Shown here: piece after piece, positions 33,055 to 43,326 of the stretch
How positions within the stretch are numbered: the first letter of the stretch is position 1
How the letters are laid out: each line of letters begins with the position of its first letter
NCBI GenBank assembly: GCA_963809895.1
Contig: CAWELD010000003.1
Location: forward strand, 2,240,001 to 2,304,000
Direction: 5' to 3'
From: an uncultured Gemmatimonadales bacterium
Lineage (GTDB): Bacteria; Gemmatimonadota; Gemmatimonadetes; Longimicrobiales; Gaopeijiaceae
Length of the DNA: 64,000 nt
Made by a program: the position numbers and the translations under genes
The notes under the pieces: generated by a model
Told to the model about the DNA's origin: nothing
What the model saw: the letters and a program-made list of their open reading frames with translations, nothing else
Databases searched by the model: none

Positions 33055-34287
33055 TCAGTCTCCGCGCACCAGCGCCTCGAGCTCCTCCTCCGTAAGGGTG
33101 TGGTCCGTGTGCTTGGCGGCCTCGAAGAGCTTGTGGCAGAGCGCCTCGTCCTCGGCGTCGTACCCCCTGTGCCGCAGCCAGTACTTCACGTTGGACAACC
33201 CCGACATGGGGCTGATCTCGATCTCCTGATGTCGCCCGATCATGGAGGCTGGGATGCCCGAATAGACCCGGTCCGCCAGCCAGGCGTCGCCCTTGTGCTC
33301 CGCCTTGGCGATGGCCGCCGCGTGGACCCCGGTCCCGGTGCGGAAAGCGTCGCGTCCGACCGCGGGGTAGTTGTGCGCCAGCGGCACCTTGCACGCCCGT
33401 GCAGTCAGCTCGCAGTACTCGGGCAGCGCCCGCAGGTCGCCGTCGTGGAGACCGAGAAGCGCCAGGTTCACGAGCAGGAGATCCATCTCGGTGTTGCCCA
33501 CGCGCTCGCCGATCCCCAGGGCGCACCCGTGCAGGCGCGTCGCCCCGGCCTGGAGCGCCGCCAGAGCGTTGGCCAGACCCAGCCCCCGGTCCCGGTGCCC
33601 GTGCCAGTCCACCTTCACGTCCTCGCCCGACGGACGCACGATCTCGTCCAGGACGAAGCGCACCACCGCACGGGCGCCGTCGGGGGTCGCGTGGCCCACG
33701 GTGTCGGCGATGCACACCCGGCGCGCGCCCCACTCGATGGCCCGGCCGTAGAGCGCCTTGAGCGTCTCGGGGCGCGCCCGCACCGTGTCCTCGGTGACCA
33801 TCATGACCGGGAGCCCTTCGCTCACCGCGAAGGTCACGGCCCGCTCCGCCGCCGCCACCATCCGGTCCAGCGTCCAGTCCTCGGCGTACTGGCGGATGGG
33901 CGAGCTGCCGATGAAGGTGCACGCCTCGATGGGCAGCCCCACCTGCTGGGAGATCTCGGCGATGGGCCGCACGTCGGCCACCACCGTGCGGGCCGCGCAG
34001 TTGGCCTCGATGTCGAGCTTCTGCTCCGCGATCTCCCGGGCCAGCGCCGTGACGGCCTCCACCGCTCGGGGTCCGGCGCCGGGCAGCCCCAACGCCGCGG
34101 AGTGGATCCCCAACTCCTCCATGAGGTGGAGCAGACGGATCTTGTCCCCGATGGGAGGATCGGTCACCGAGGGATTCTGGAGCCCGTCCCTGAGCGTCTC
34201 GTCGTCCAGCTCCACCGATTTCACCGTGGACCAATCGAAGGTCCCCGATACGGTGTTCCAGTCGTAGATGAGGTCCTTCTCGTCCAA
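33055..34287 (-). CDS. LeuA-family DRE-TIM metallolyase (2-isopropylmalate/homocitrate synthase-like, short form)
   Basis: DETLRDGLQ, ADTVG, WHGHRDRG, GIGERVGN, GVH. 410 aa, no C-terminal regulatory domain. Confidence 0.85.
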   Translation of the reverse strand: MDEKDLIYDWNTVSGTFDWSTVKSVELDDETLRDGLQNPSVTDPPIGDKIRLLHLMEELGIHSAALGLPGAGPRAVEAVTALAREIAEQKLDIEANCAARTVVADVRPIAEISQQVGLPIEACTFIGSSPIRQYAEDWTLDRMVAAAERAVTFAVSEGLPVMMVTEDTVRARPETLKALYGRAIEWGARRVCIADTVGHATPDGARAVVRFVLDEIVRPSGEDVKVDWHGHRDRGLGLANALAALQAGATRLHGCALGIGERVGNTEMDLLLVNLALLGLHDGDLRALPEYCELTARACKVPLAHNYPAVGRDAFRTGTGVHAAAIAKAEHKGDAWLADRVYSGIPASMIGRHQEIEISPMSGLSNVKYWLRHRGYDAEDEALCHKLFEAAKHTDHTLTEEELEALVRGD

Positions 34288-34326
34288 CTCGACCCTCCGG
34301 CCGCAGCGTGCGTAGCGAGCTCATGA

Positions 34327-34881
34327 TCACAGCTCGTCGTAGTTCATCAACTTCCACGCGCCGCCGTACTCCACCAGGACGTCGAAGCTGGGGAGCACCC
34401 CTTCCTGGCCCGTGTCCTCGCGCCGGACCACCACCCGGGCGCCGGGACGGAGCGTGAAACTGTCGTAGACCTCGGGGTCCTCCTCGTACCGGATGGAAAC
34501 GAACTCGAGCTCGAGGCCGCCGTACTCCTCCAGGAGTTGGGCCAACCCCTTGCGGTTGTTCACCTCCGCGAGGCTCCACACGAAGTCGAAGGGCGTGTAC
34601 TTCCCGTCCGGCATCTCCGGCCACAGAAGGTGCTCGTACTCGTCGCGACTCACCAGCAGCGACGCCAACGCGTCCTCGTCCCGGGCCGCCACGGCATCCA
34701 ACACCGACTGGATCAGCGCCTTCTCCGAGCGCTCCGCGCCGGCCAACGGCGGGCGCGCCACCGCATCCGCGCAGCCCGCGAACAACAAGGGCACAGCCAG
34801 CGCGAGCCAGAGAGGGGAAGTCCCGCCCCGCCTCAAGATGGGACGAGGGAATCGGAACCGCGAGGGCAGAAGGGCCGCCAC
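34327..34881 (-). CDS. Hypothetical lipoprotein
   Basis: LLFAG-C lipobox. Starts 4 nt after the upstream lipoprotein stop. Confidence 0.75.
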   Translation of the reverse strand: MAALLPSRFRFPRPILRRGGTSPLWLALAVPLLFAGCADAVARPPLAGAERSEKALIQSVLDAVAARDEDALASLLVSRDEYEHLLWPEMPDGKYTPFDFVWSLAEVNNRKGLAQLLEEYGGLELEFVSIRYEEDPEVYDSFTLRPGARVVVRREDTGQEGVLPSFDVLVEYGGAWKLMNYDEL

Positions 34882-34885
34882 CGGA

Positions 34886-36698
34886 TCAGTTCCCGCTCTG
34901 GTTCGGCCGGGAGTCGCTGCCGTCCACGGACCAGACGGTCCATCCGTAGTACCAGGCGTCCTCCAGCGCCGTACCGGGCGCCACCGCTCCGGGATAGTCG
35001 GTCTTGACCAGCACCCGTCCGTCGGTGGGAGCCACCAGGTTGGTGCCGTCCATGGGAATGGCGCTCACGTCCACCGCCGTGTACCCGTCAGGCACCGCCG
35101 TGGCGATGATGTCCGGCGGGATCGGACTGTGAGCCGATCTTGTTGTAGCCCGCCCGCAGCATGGGATCGACCAGCATGTTGCTGAAGCCGGCGTGCATGA
35201 AGAACGCCTTGTTCTGCGCCAGCGTGTAGCCTGAGCAGTCCTGGAAGTTCAGGTCGCTGTCGTCGGCCGCGCCGTTGTTCCACAGGATCACACCCTCCAG
35301 CGAGAGCGTCGTCTGCGGATCGGTCTCACCGGCCAGGCGGTTGTCGGCGTTGGCCGCCGTCGCCGGATGCTCCACGCAGAACCCGGCGCCGCCGAAGTCC
35401 CGCAGGATCGAGTTGTAGAGACGGTAGTGCGACGCCTCACGGAACTGGACGCCGTGGGTCCCCTTGGCACCGCCGATCTCGCCACTCTGCACGATCTCGT
35501 TGCCGCCGATCATGGTGGCGTTGGCCAGCACCGCCGTGGAGCGCGGCGTGCGGTCGGCCTTCTCACCGTCGTTGGAGATCTCGAAACCCTTGTCGCCGTC
35601 GTCGCCGCGCTGCTGGCCGATCAGGAACTGCATGAAGCCCCGGTAGCCGTCGGTGCCGTCGAAGGTGTCGTCGCCGATGCCGGTGGACACGATGTGCGTC
35701 ATGCTGACCGTGCCGCCGAAGGGCTCGGTGCCATCGTCCACGTTGTAGTGGATCTGCACGTAGTCGATGGTGGTGCCGGCGCCCACGCCCTGGGGCGCGA
35801 GGCCGTTGAGCTCGTCGGTGGGCGTCACGCGGTCGCCGGCGAACTCGATGCGCACACCGCGCAGGATGCCCGAGCTGTCGTTGTCGTCGTTGCCGCCGTA
35901 GAAGCCCGAGTCACCCTCGCCCTCGGCCTCGTTCCCGGCGTTGGTGCTGGCGCGGCCGTTGATGACCAGGCCGCCCCAGTCCCCGCGGTCCCGCTCACCG
36001 CGCGGCTTGTCCGAGGTGAAGACGATGACGTCTTCGGGGTTCGGCCGCGCGTTCTTGTCGCTGCGCTGAGCGTTGGCGTCGGCGATGATCCTGGAGCCGC
36101 GGTTGATGACGAGATACGCGCCACGCACGCCCTGGGGCAGGTCGGTCTTGCCCACCACCGTCGTGCCAGGCTCGATGGTCAGCGTGGCCGGTGCGCAGTC
36201 GGGGTCCTGGCCGTCGGCGCCGCAGTCCACGCCCACGAAGATGGGCTGCGTCAGGACCCAGACCTTGTCCTTGGTCCAGGTGGTGTTGTTGAGGACGTCG
36301 GTGGTGATCTCCACGAACGTCGCGGGCGCCTCGGGGATCTTGGCCGTCCTGGCCGTGGAGGCCGCCTCGCCGGCGCTGTTCTCCGCGAACACCTGGGCCG
36401 TGTAGGTCTGGCCCTCGGTGAGGCCGGAGAAATCGATGCTGGTGGTCGAAGCGTCCGTGGTGCTCTGCGTGCGGTCGGCCTCGCCGGGAGCCGTCAGAAC
36501 CACCCGGAAGCTGTTCGCGCCACTGCCACCGGACCAGCTCACGGTGATGGTGGTGCCGTTGATCGTCATGGTGACGCTGGTGGGCGCATCCGGCGTGTCG
36601 ACCGTCGGCTCGGTGCCGTTGTCGTCGCTGCACGCCGAGAGGCCGAACGAGGCGAGGGCGACGATGGCCAGGAGGGTCAGCAGTCTCGTCCACTTCAT
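34886..36698 (-). CDS. Surface lipoprotein with FN3 domain and beta-helix-like repeats (+1 insertion near 35118)
   Basis: MKWTRLL...FGLSA-C. FN3 (PTSV...VSW...FSGLTEGQTY...VFAEN), LTIEPGT, VFTS, GDWGGLVING, DSSGILRGVRIEFAG, DDGTEPFGG. C-terminus in ORF 34886..35095. Confidence 0.85.
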
Positions 36699-36742
36699 GA
36701 TGGTCGTTGCTCCAGGTGGATACGGGTTCAGCAGGGCGGGAG

Positions 36743-39539
36743 TCAGAACTCCCACGAGAGGCCGACGGAGAAGGTCCGTCCGACCGCGTAGCGGCGTTGC
36801 ACGAGGGTGATGTCGTTGGCGGTCTGCTCGAAGCGGTAGTCGGCGTCGAGCAGGTTCGTGGCCTTGATCCTGGCCGACGCGCCCCCGGGCAGCGGGAAGC
36901 CCACCGAAGCGTCCAGGGCGTTCCGGGGCTGCTCGTAGATGTCCGGGATGCCCAGCCCGCCGGCGGCGGTCAGACGCGCCCCGAAGCGATTCAGGAACAC
37001 GCCGGCCTGGAAGCCGGCGGGGTCCGCGTAGTTCAGCCCCACGTTGAGGACGTAGGGTGCCTGGCCTTCCAGGGGCCGGGTGAGGTTGGTGGGCTCGAAG
37101 CCGGACACGCCCTGGCGGACGTGCACCTTCGAGTCGATCCAGGAGTAGTTGAGCTGCGCCGAGTAGTTGCTCAGGGCCGGGCTGATCCGGTCCAGGCCGA
37201 GCTGCGTGTCCAGCTCCAGGCCGAAGATGCGGGCGTCTCTGGCGTTCTGGAACGAGTAGGCGGCGGAGGCGGCGGCCACGAACACCTGCTCGATGGGGTC
37301 CGTGAGCGTCTTGTAGAATCCCCCGACCGAGATCATCTCGCCGGGCCGCAGGAACCAGTCCATGCGCAGGTCGGTGCTGACGATCTCGGCCGGGACCAGG
37401 TTCTCGTTGCCGTACAGCTGCCTGAGGCTGGTGGCCTCGGTGAACTGGAAGGGCGCCAGCTCGCGGAACTCGGGGCGGTCCAGCGTGCGGCTCACCGCGC
37501 CGCGCAGCTTGACCTGATCCGCAGAGGGAGTAGACCAGGTTCAGCGAGGGCGCCAGGTCGGTCTGGTCCATGCGCGCCAGCGTGTCACCCCGGGAGTGGA
37601 GTTGGAGCTTGTACTGCTCGACCCGGGCTCCGACGATGGCCTGCAGTCGCTTGGTGACGGGCAGGTCCATGAGCAGGTAGCCGGCCCGCCTGTCGTCCCG
37701 GGCATCGTACAGGTCTCCGGGCTCCACCACCTCGTCGATGGAGAGCTCACCGCGGTTGCGGGCGTTGGCCACGATGCGCGCCGTGTCCAGAGCTTCGTCC
37801 AGATTGACGATCACCCCACCGAGGAACTTCCAGTTGAGCCGGCGCGCCGCGAACTCCCGGCTGCGGGTGCGGTATTCGCCGCCGAACTTCACCGAGGCGT
37901 CCCGACCGGCGAGCTGGAAGGGGAAGGTCCAGTCCAGCGCGCCGCTGAGGTCGTCGTCGGTGAGCGTGCTCCAGAAGTAGCGGCCCGACTCACCGATGTT
38001 GTGGAGCTTGAAGGCGCCGTTGTAGTCGAGGTAGACGGCCTCCCGCAGCATGGGCTCGTCACGGTTGGCCCGGGCGGCTGTGGCGCGCCACTCCAGACGG
38101 GAGTCTCCGAAGAGCCGGTGCTCGCCCGAGAGCTGGCTCCACAGCATGAGGCGCGACACGAAGCGCAGGCGGTCCGACCTCACCTCACCGCCGATGTCCT
38201 CGCTGTTCAGGCCCTCGTAGGTGCGGGCCTCGTCCTCGGTGTTGAGGTTCACCGCGGTGCGCAGGCTCAGCTTCTGCCCGGGATCGGGCTTGAAGGTGAC
38301 GTTGCCGATGGTGCCCCACGCGATGGTGCGGCTGCCGCGCTGGAAGGCGTAATCCACGTTGGCCGTGGGGTTGCCGTCCGGATACAACTCCTCGTTGAAC
38401 GACGACACGTCCCACTTGCGCTCCACTTCGTCGTCGTGGATGGCGTAGTCGTCGCTGTACGTGCCCGCGACGAAGTAGCCGAGCTCCCCCTCGTCGAACA
38501 CGTCGTTGCGGCCGCCCACCGAGAGGTTGAACGACCGGTTCATGGGCGTGCTCTCGGTCCGGGGCGTGAAGCCCTGGCCCAGGCTCTGAAGCGCCTGGCC
38601 GATGGCGATGCGCTCGGCGGGATCGGCCGGCAGCCGCTCACCCGAGGTGATGTCGCCCATGAGCCGTTTGACGATGTCGGGCTGGGCCCGGGTGCCGTCG
38701 TCGAAGCCGAGGAAGTCCCGATGGCCCCCGGCGTACCACAGGAAGCCGTCCTGGAACTGGCTCCTGGAGTTGACGCTGGTCCCGACCCCCACGCGCAGGG
38801 TGAAGCGGTCGGGGAAGTCCCTGGTCCGGATCTTCACCGAGCCGCCGGAGAAGTCGGCAGGCAGATCGGGGGTGTAGGACTTCTGGGTCTCCAGGCTCTC
38901 GAGGAATCCCGACGGGAACAGGTCCAGCGGCACGACCTCCCGCTCGGGCTCGGGGCTGGGAAGCGACGAGCCGTTGAGTGTCGTCTGCGAGTAGCGCTCT
39001 CCCAGGCCCCGCACGAAGACGTACTTGCCGTCGCTCACCGTGACGCCCGTGAGCCGCTGCGCCACGTCGGCCGCGTCGGAGTCGGGACGCTTCGCGATCT
39101 CCGTCGCGCCCACGGCCTCCACCATGGCATCGGACGTGCGCCGCTGATCCATGAGGTAGGCGTTGCTGCCCCGCTCCCGCTCGGCGGACACGGTGATGCC
39201 CCCGAGCTCCAGCGCCTGCTCCGAGAGCGTGACGTCCAGGGCCACGACCTGGTTCGCGGTCACGGCCACGTCGGTGATGGTCTTGGTGCCGTAGCCCAGG
39301 CTCTGCACCGAGAGGCTCACGACCCCCACGGGAACGTCGTTGAGCACGTAGCGACCGTTGAGGTCCGACACCGCGCCCGTGCCACCCTCGATGTAGACCT
39401 GCGCTCCCGAGATGGGTTTCGCGGACGACGCGTCCAGGACACGGCCGATGACCCGCCCCCTGGATTGGGCGCGGAGTCCCGTCGCGAGCAGGAGCGTCAA
39501 CAGTGCGGCCAGCGGCCAGGCACGAAGGTATCGCGGCAT
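36743..39539 (-). CDS. TonB-dependent outer-membrane receptor (+1 insertion near 37523)
   Basis: Signal peptide, carboxypeptidase-regulatory-like N-domain, plug VRGLGERY...PLDLFP...KSYTPDLPADFSGG, RPEFRELAPF, C-terminal WEF. Confidence 0.93.
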
Positions 39540-39591
39540 GGTGTCCAGTCCCGGCGTTCTCGAATCGAGAGGGGCTTCGGAAGTCCCTTCA

Positions 39592-39647
39592 AGCCTAGGC
39601 GCGTGCGGTAACGACCGAGACCGACTCCGGTAACAAGCGGGTAAAGT
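39592..39647 (-). promoter_or_regulatory. PHO-box-like promoter of the TonB receptor operon
   Basis: ACTTTAC(39647-41), TTGTTAC(39636-30), TCGTTAC(39614-08) on an 11-nt register; -10 TAGGCT (39597-92) 10 nt downstream. Same layout as the pstS promoter. Confidence 0.75.
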
Positions 39648-39728
39648 CGTTCCCGGCCCGATCCGCACGCTCCGAGCGCCCTCCGCCGCGCATTGACGTT
39701 CGACACGGCCTCCGGCGAGACTCCTTTC

Positions 39729-41000
39729 ATGCCCGGAGAACTCTCGAAACCCCCGTCCGACGGACCCACCGCCGCCCCGGCCGACGCATCGTTGGACGCC
39801 CGCGCCAAACGCCTCATGCGCGGCCGGGGGATGCGTGCCGCCCGTGCTCTGCTGGAGCGCGACGATGGGCGCACCCTGAGCGAACAGCGCGAGCTCACCG
39901 AGATCGCGGCGCCCCCCTTCGGCGAGGGCGAGCGGGCCGCTCGCATGGCGGAGCTCATGGTGCGCTCGGGGTTGACCGACGTGGCCGTGGACGCCGAAGG
40001 CAACGTGGTGGCCGCACACGCCGCGTCCGCCCCGGACGCGGCTCACACGCTGGTGGTGGCTGCCCACCTGGACACCGTTTTCCCCGGGGGAACGCCGGTG
40101 ACGGTGCGGGAGCGGGACGGACGGCTGTGCGGTCCCGGGATCAGCGACGACGGGCGCGGGCTGGCGGCGATCCTGGCGCTCTCCCGGGCCCTGTCGGCAG
40201 GGGGATGGAGCCTCGGGCACCGCCTCCTGGTGGTGGCGACGGTGGGCGAGGAGGGAGCGGGTGACCTACGCGGTGTGCGGCACCTCTTCTCCACGGAAGG
40301 TGCCGCGGGCTCTGGGTGCCGGGGTTTCGTCTCGCTGGACGGCGCCGGCCTGCGCCGCATCGTGAACGCGGGCCTGGGATCGCTGCGATATCGTGCCCGG
40401 GTGCGCGGCCCCGGCGGCCATTCGTGGGTGGACTGGGGGACACCGAACCCGATCCACGCCCTGGGGCGTGCCGTCACGGCGCTCACGTCCATCCCCCTTC
40501 CCACCAAGCCCGCGGCCACGTTGTCCGTCGCCCGATGGACCGGTGGGACCAGCATCAACGCCATCCCGCGAGAGGCCTGGATCGACTTCGAGATCCGCAG
40601 CGAGGATCAGGACGTCCTCGCCGAGCTCGACCGGCAGGCGCGCGAGGCTCTCGGCGAGGTGGTCGCGGCCGAGGACCCGGTGGGCGCTCGCGGCCGGGCA
40701 TTGGAGCTCTCGGTGGAGGTCACCGGAAACCGACCAGCCGGCTACACGCCGCAGGAGACCCACCTGGTGCGCAGCGCCGCCGCCGCGACCCGTGCACTGG
40801 GCGCGGCCCCGGAGCTCGCGGTCTCCTCCACCGACGCCAACATCCCCATGGCGCTGGGGATCCCGGCGGTGACCATGGGCGCCGGGGGCGAGGCGGGCCT
40901 AACCCACACGCCGGGGGAGTGGTACCGCAACGTGCGGGGTCCCGACGGCATCGTCCGCGCCCTCCTCACGCTCCTGTTGGCCGACGGCCGGCCGGGCTGA
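39729..41000 (+). CDS. M20/M25/M40-family metallohydrolase
   Basis: AHLDTVF, DDGRG, GEEG, GGHSW, STDAN, HT..EW. Confidence 0.9.
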   Translation: MPGELSKPPSDGPTAAPADASLDARAKRLMRGRGMRAARALLERDDGRTLSEQRELTEIAAPPFGEGERAARMAELMVRSGLTDVAVDAEGNVVAAHAASAPDAAHTLVVAAHLDTVFPGGTPVTVRERDGRLCGPGISDDGRGLAAILALSRALSAGGWSLGHRLLVVATVGEEGAGDLRGVRHLFSTEGAAGSGCRGFVSLDGAGLRRIVNAGLGSLRYRARVRGPGGHSWVDWGTPNPIHALGRAVTALTSIPLPTKPAATLSVARWTGGTSINAIPREAWIDFEIRSEDQDVLAELDRQAREALGEVVAAEDPVGARGRALELSVEVTGNRPAGYTPQETHLVRSAAAATRALGAAPELAVSSTDANIPMALGIPAVTMGAGGEAGLTHTPGEWYRNVRGPDGIVRALLTLLLADGRPG

Positions 41001-41014
41001 GGGCGCCCGCCGGG

Positions 41015-42016
41015 TCAGCCCTCGTGATCGACCACCGAGTGATCGGCGATCCGCACCGAGCCCCGCACGCCGCTCACATGCGCGTGCGCCCCCACCAGGC
41101 TGTCCCGGAGGCTCACCCCTTCCAGGTGGGCCCGGGCGCCGATGATGGAGTCGCGCACGACGGCGTCCTCCAGCACGGCGCCACGCTCCACGGTGACGCC
41201 GGGCCCCACCGAGCCTCCGCGAACCACCGCACCCTGCTCGATGCGCACGGGCTCGTGGATCTCGGCACCCTCGATCGTGGCGCCCGACGAGACCCCGCCC
41301 CGGCTGGTGGCCAGCAGGTGGGCATTCGTCTCCAGGAGCGTCTCGGGCTTGCCGCAGTCGTACCAGCCCGCCACCGGCGCGGTGAGCAGGCGGGCGCCCT
41401 GGTCGACCATGTACTGGAAGGCATCGGTCAGGTAGAACTCGCCACCCTTGCCGGGCTCGCCCTCCAGGGTGTGATTGATGCCTTCGAAGAGCAGGCCGTA
41501 GTCGCGAATGTAGTAGACGCCGATGTTCGCCAGCTTCGAGATGGGCTCTCGCGGCTTCTCGACGATGCGCTCCATGGTCCCGTCGGGCCGGGTGACGATG
41601 ACGCCGAAGCGCTGGTAGTCCTCGACCTCCATGGCCCACAGGATCCCCGCGTCGCCCTGGTCGAGACGCTGTGCGAGGGACAGATCCGCGTCGAAGAGCG
41701 TGTCGGCGAAGAGGATCATGAGCTCGTCGTCGGCCCATGGCTCCGCGAGCTTCACGGCTCCCGCGGTTCCGTCCATGGTCTCCTGGACCACGAAGTGCGG
41801 CTTGAGCGCGGGATACTCGGACGCGATGAAATCCCGGATCACGTCTTGCAGGTATCCCACCACGAAGACGATCTCCTCGACCCCCAGGGCCAGGACGTCG
41901 TCCAGCAGGTAGCTCAACACCGGCCGGCCGCCGACCCTGACGAGGGGTTTCGGAGTATGATAGGTCAGCGGACGAAGGCGCGTCCCGCGCCCCGCCAGGG
42001 GGATGATGGCCTTCAT
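41015..42016 (-). CDS. Sugar-phosphate nucleotidyltransferase with C-terminal hexapeptide region
   Basis: AIIPLAGRGTRLRPLT..PKPL, EKP, GEFYLTDA, WYDCG. Confidence 0.9.
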   Translation of the reverse strand: MKAIIPLAGRGTRLRPLTYHTPKPLVRVGGRPVLSYLLDDVLALGVEEIVFVVGYLQDVIRDFIASEYPALKPHFVVQETMDGTAGAVKLAEPWADDELMILFADTLFDADLSLAQRLDQGDAGILWAMEVEDYQRFGVIVTRPDGTMERIVEKPREPISKLANIGVYYIRDYGLLFEGINHTLEGEPGKGGEFYLTDAFQYMVDQGARLLTAPVAGWYDCGKPETLLETNAHLLATSRGGVSSGATIEGAEIHEPVRIEQGAVVRGGSVGPGVTVERGAVLEDAVVRDSIIGARAHLEGVSLRDSLVGAHAHVSGVRGSVRIADHSVVDHEG

Positions 42017-42158
42017 GGATCTTCCGTATGGGGGTCCTGGATGACTGCGGGCTCCGTCGCGCCGGACGGCCGCGACGGGGGCGTCTGAACCTTAACCGGG
42101 GCTGTCACGGCCGGGCAACGCGTCCGCCACGAGCCACCAACGATCACGGAGTCTTGTC

Positions 42159-42920
42159 ATGTCCCGCACTTCTCGCTGGTTCTCGCTCCTGCCGCTGGCG
42201 CTACTGATGGCGGGATGCGCACCCGCCCGCGCCGCCACGCCCGAGCCCCGTGTCGCCCCGCTGGCCCCCGCGGGGGCCGCGACCGCCGACACCGGCACCG
42301 TGGTGGTGACCGGTACGGCCTCGGTGAGCGTGGCGGCGGACCGCGCCCGCATTCGCTTCGCCGTCGAGCGCGAGGCGGCCACCGCAGGCCAGGCGGTGGC
42401 CGACAACGCCGCCGCCATGGACCAGGCGCTGAGCGCGGTGCGGCAGGCGCTGGGCGGCGCCGGCACGCTGGAGACCAGCGGGTACGGACTGTCGCCCGTG
42501 TACCGACAGCCCCCCCGGGATCAGGGCGGCGAGCCCACCATCGTGGCCTACCGGGCCGTCAACCATGTCGAAGTGACCGTGAACCGCGTCGACGACGTGG
42601 GCCGCATCCTGGATGCGGCGGTGGGAGCCGGCGCCAACCGCATCGCCGGGCTGTCGTTCTACGCCTCGGACACCAGGGACGCGCGCCTGGAGGCGCTTCG
42701 CCAGGCCACGGCCAAGGCCCGTGACGAGGCCCGCGTCCTCGCCGAATCGCTGGGCGTGCCGCTGGGCGCGCCGCTGCAGGTGCAGAGCTCGGCGGAGATG
42801 CCCACGCCCCAGCCGCAGATGTTCCGCGCCATGGAGGCTGCCCAGATGGCGACGCCCACCGAGGCCGGTGAGCAGGAGGTGTCGGCCACCGTCACCATCA
42901 CCTATCGGCTGGGTGGCTGA
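42159..42920 (+). CDS. SIMPL/DUF541-domain lipoprotein
   Basis: MAGC lipobox. VVTGTASVSVAADRA, GANRIAGLSF, GEQEVSATVTITY. Confidence 0.88.
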   Translation: MSRTSRWFSLLPLALLMAGCAPARAATPEPRVAPLAPAGAATADTGTVVVTGTASVSVAADRARIRFAVEREAATAGQAVADNAAAMDQALSAVRQALGGAGTLETSGYGLSPVYRQPPRDQGGEPTIVAYRAVNHVEVTVNRVDDVGRILDAAVGAGANRIAGLSFYASDTRDARLEALRQATAKARDEARVLAESLGVPLGAPLQVQSSAEMPTPQPQMFRAMEAAQMATPTEAGEQEVSATVTITYRLGG

Positions 42921-43326
42921 CAGCGCATCCGGCCGCCCTTCGCACCGGCTCGTGGGCCGGACCTACGCCATCCCCTTCGATCGGGTGTGGCGGGAGGCGC
43001 TGGCGCTGGCGTCGAGGGGAACCGGCGCCGGCGGGTGGACGGTGACGGAAGCCGACGACGGCACGGGCGTCATCGTCGCCGAGGCGCCCAGACGGCTGCC
43101 GCCGGGAACGGATCGCATCCGACTGCACGTCACCCTGGACCCCGATGCCCAGACCCGGCTGGACCTGGAGTCCGTTCCGGTGTCCGGCGCGCTGAGCCTG
43201 GGTGCGGGGCGGCGACGCCTGCGCGGGTTCTGTGCGGCGCTGGACCGAGCGCTGGGGACCCGGCCCGGAGAGATGCTCCGTCCGGGAAATGAAGAGTCGA
43301 GCAGGGTGTTACCTTCCCGGCCATGA
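42913..43326 (+). CDS. Hypothetical protein (DUF1499-like)
   Basis: GTG start at 42913 overlaps the upstream gene; stop overlaps the next ATG. GRTYAIPF..VW, GW...D...GVIVAE, TRLDLES pattern. Confidence 0.6.
   Translation: MADSASGRPSHRLVGRTYAIPFDRVWREALALASRGTGAGGWTVTEADDGTGVIVAEAPRRLPPGTDRIRLHVTLDPDAQTRLDLESVPVSGALSLGAGRRRLRGFCAALDRALGTRPGEMLRPGNEESSRVLPSRP

Noticed and set aside
35088..40220. 1710-aa ORF that looks like a TonB receptor-lipoprotein fusion
   Set aside because: Artefact of the +1 insertion near 37523. The real receptor C-terminus (ending WEF) is in ORF 36743..37495, and the lipoprotein has its own RBS, ATG (36698) and lipobox.
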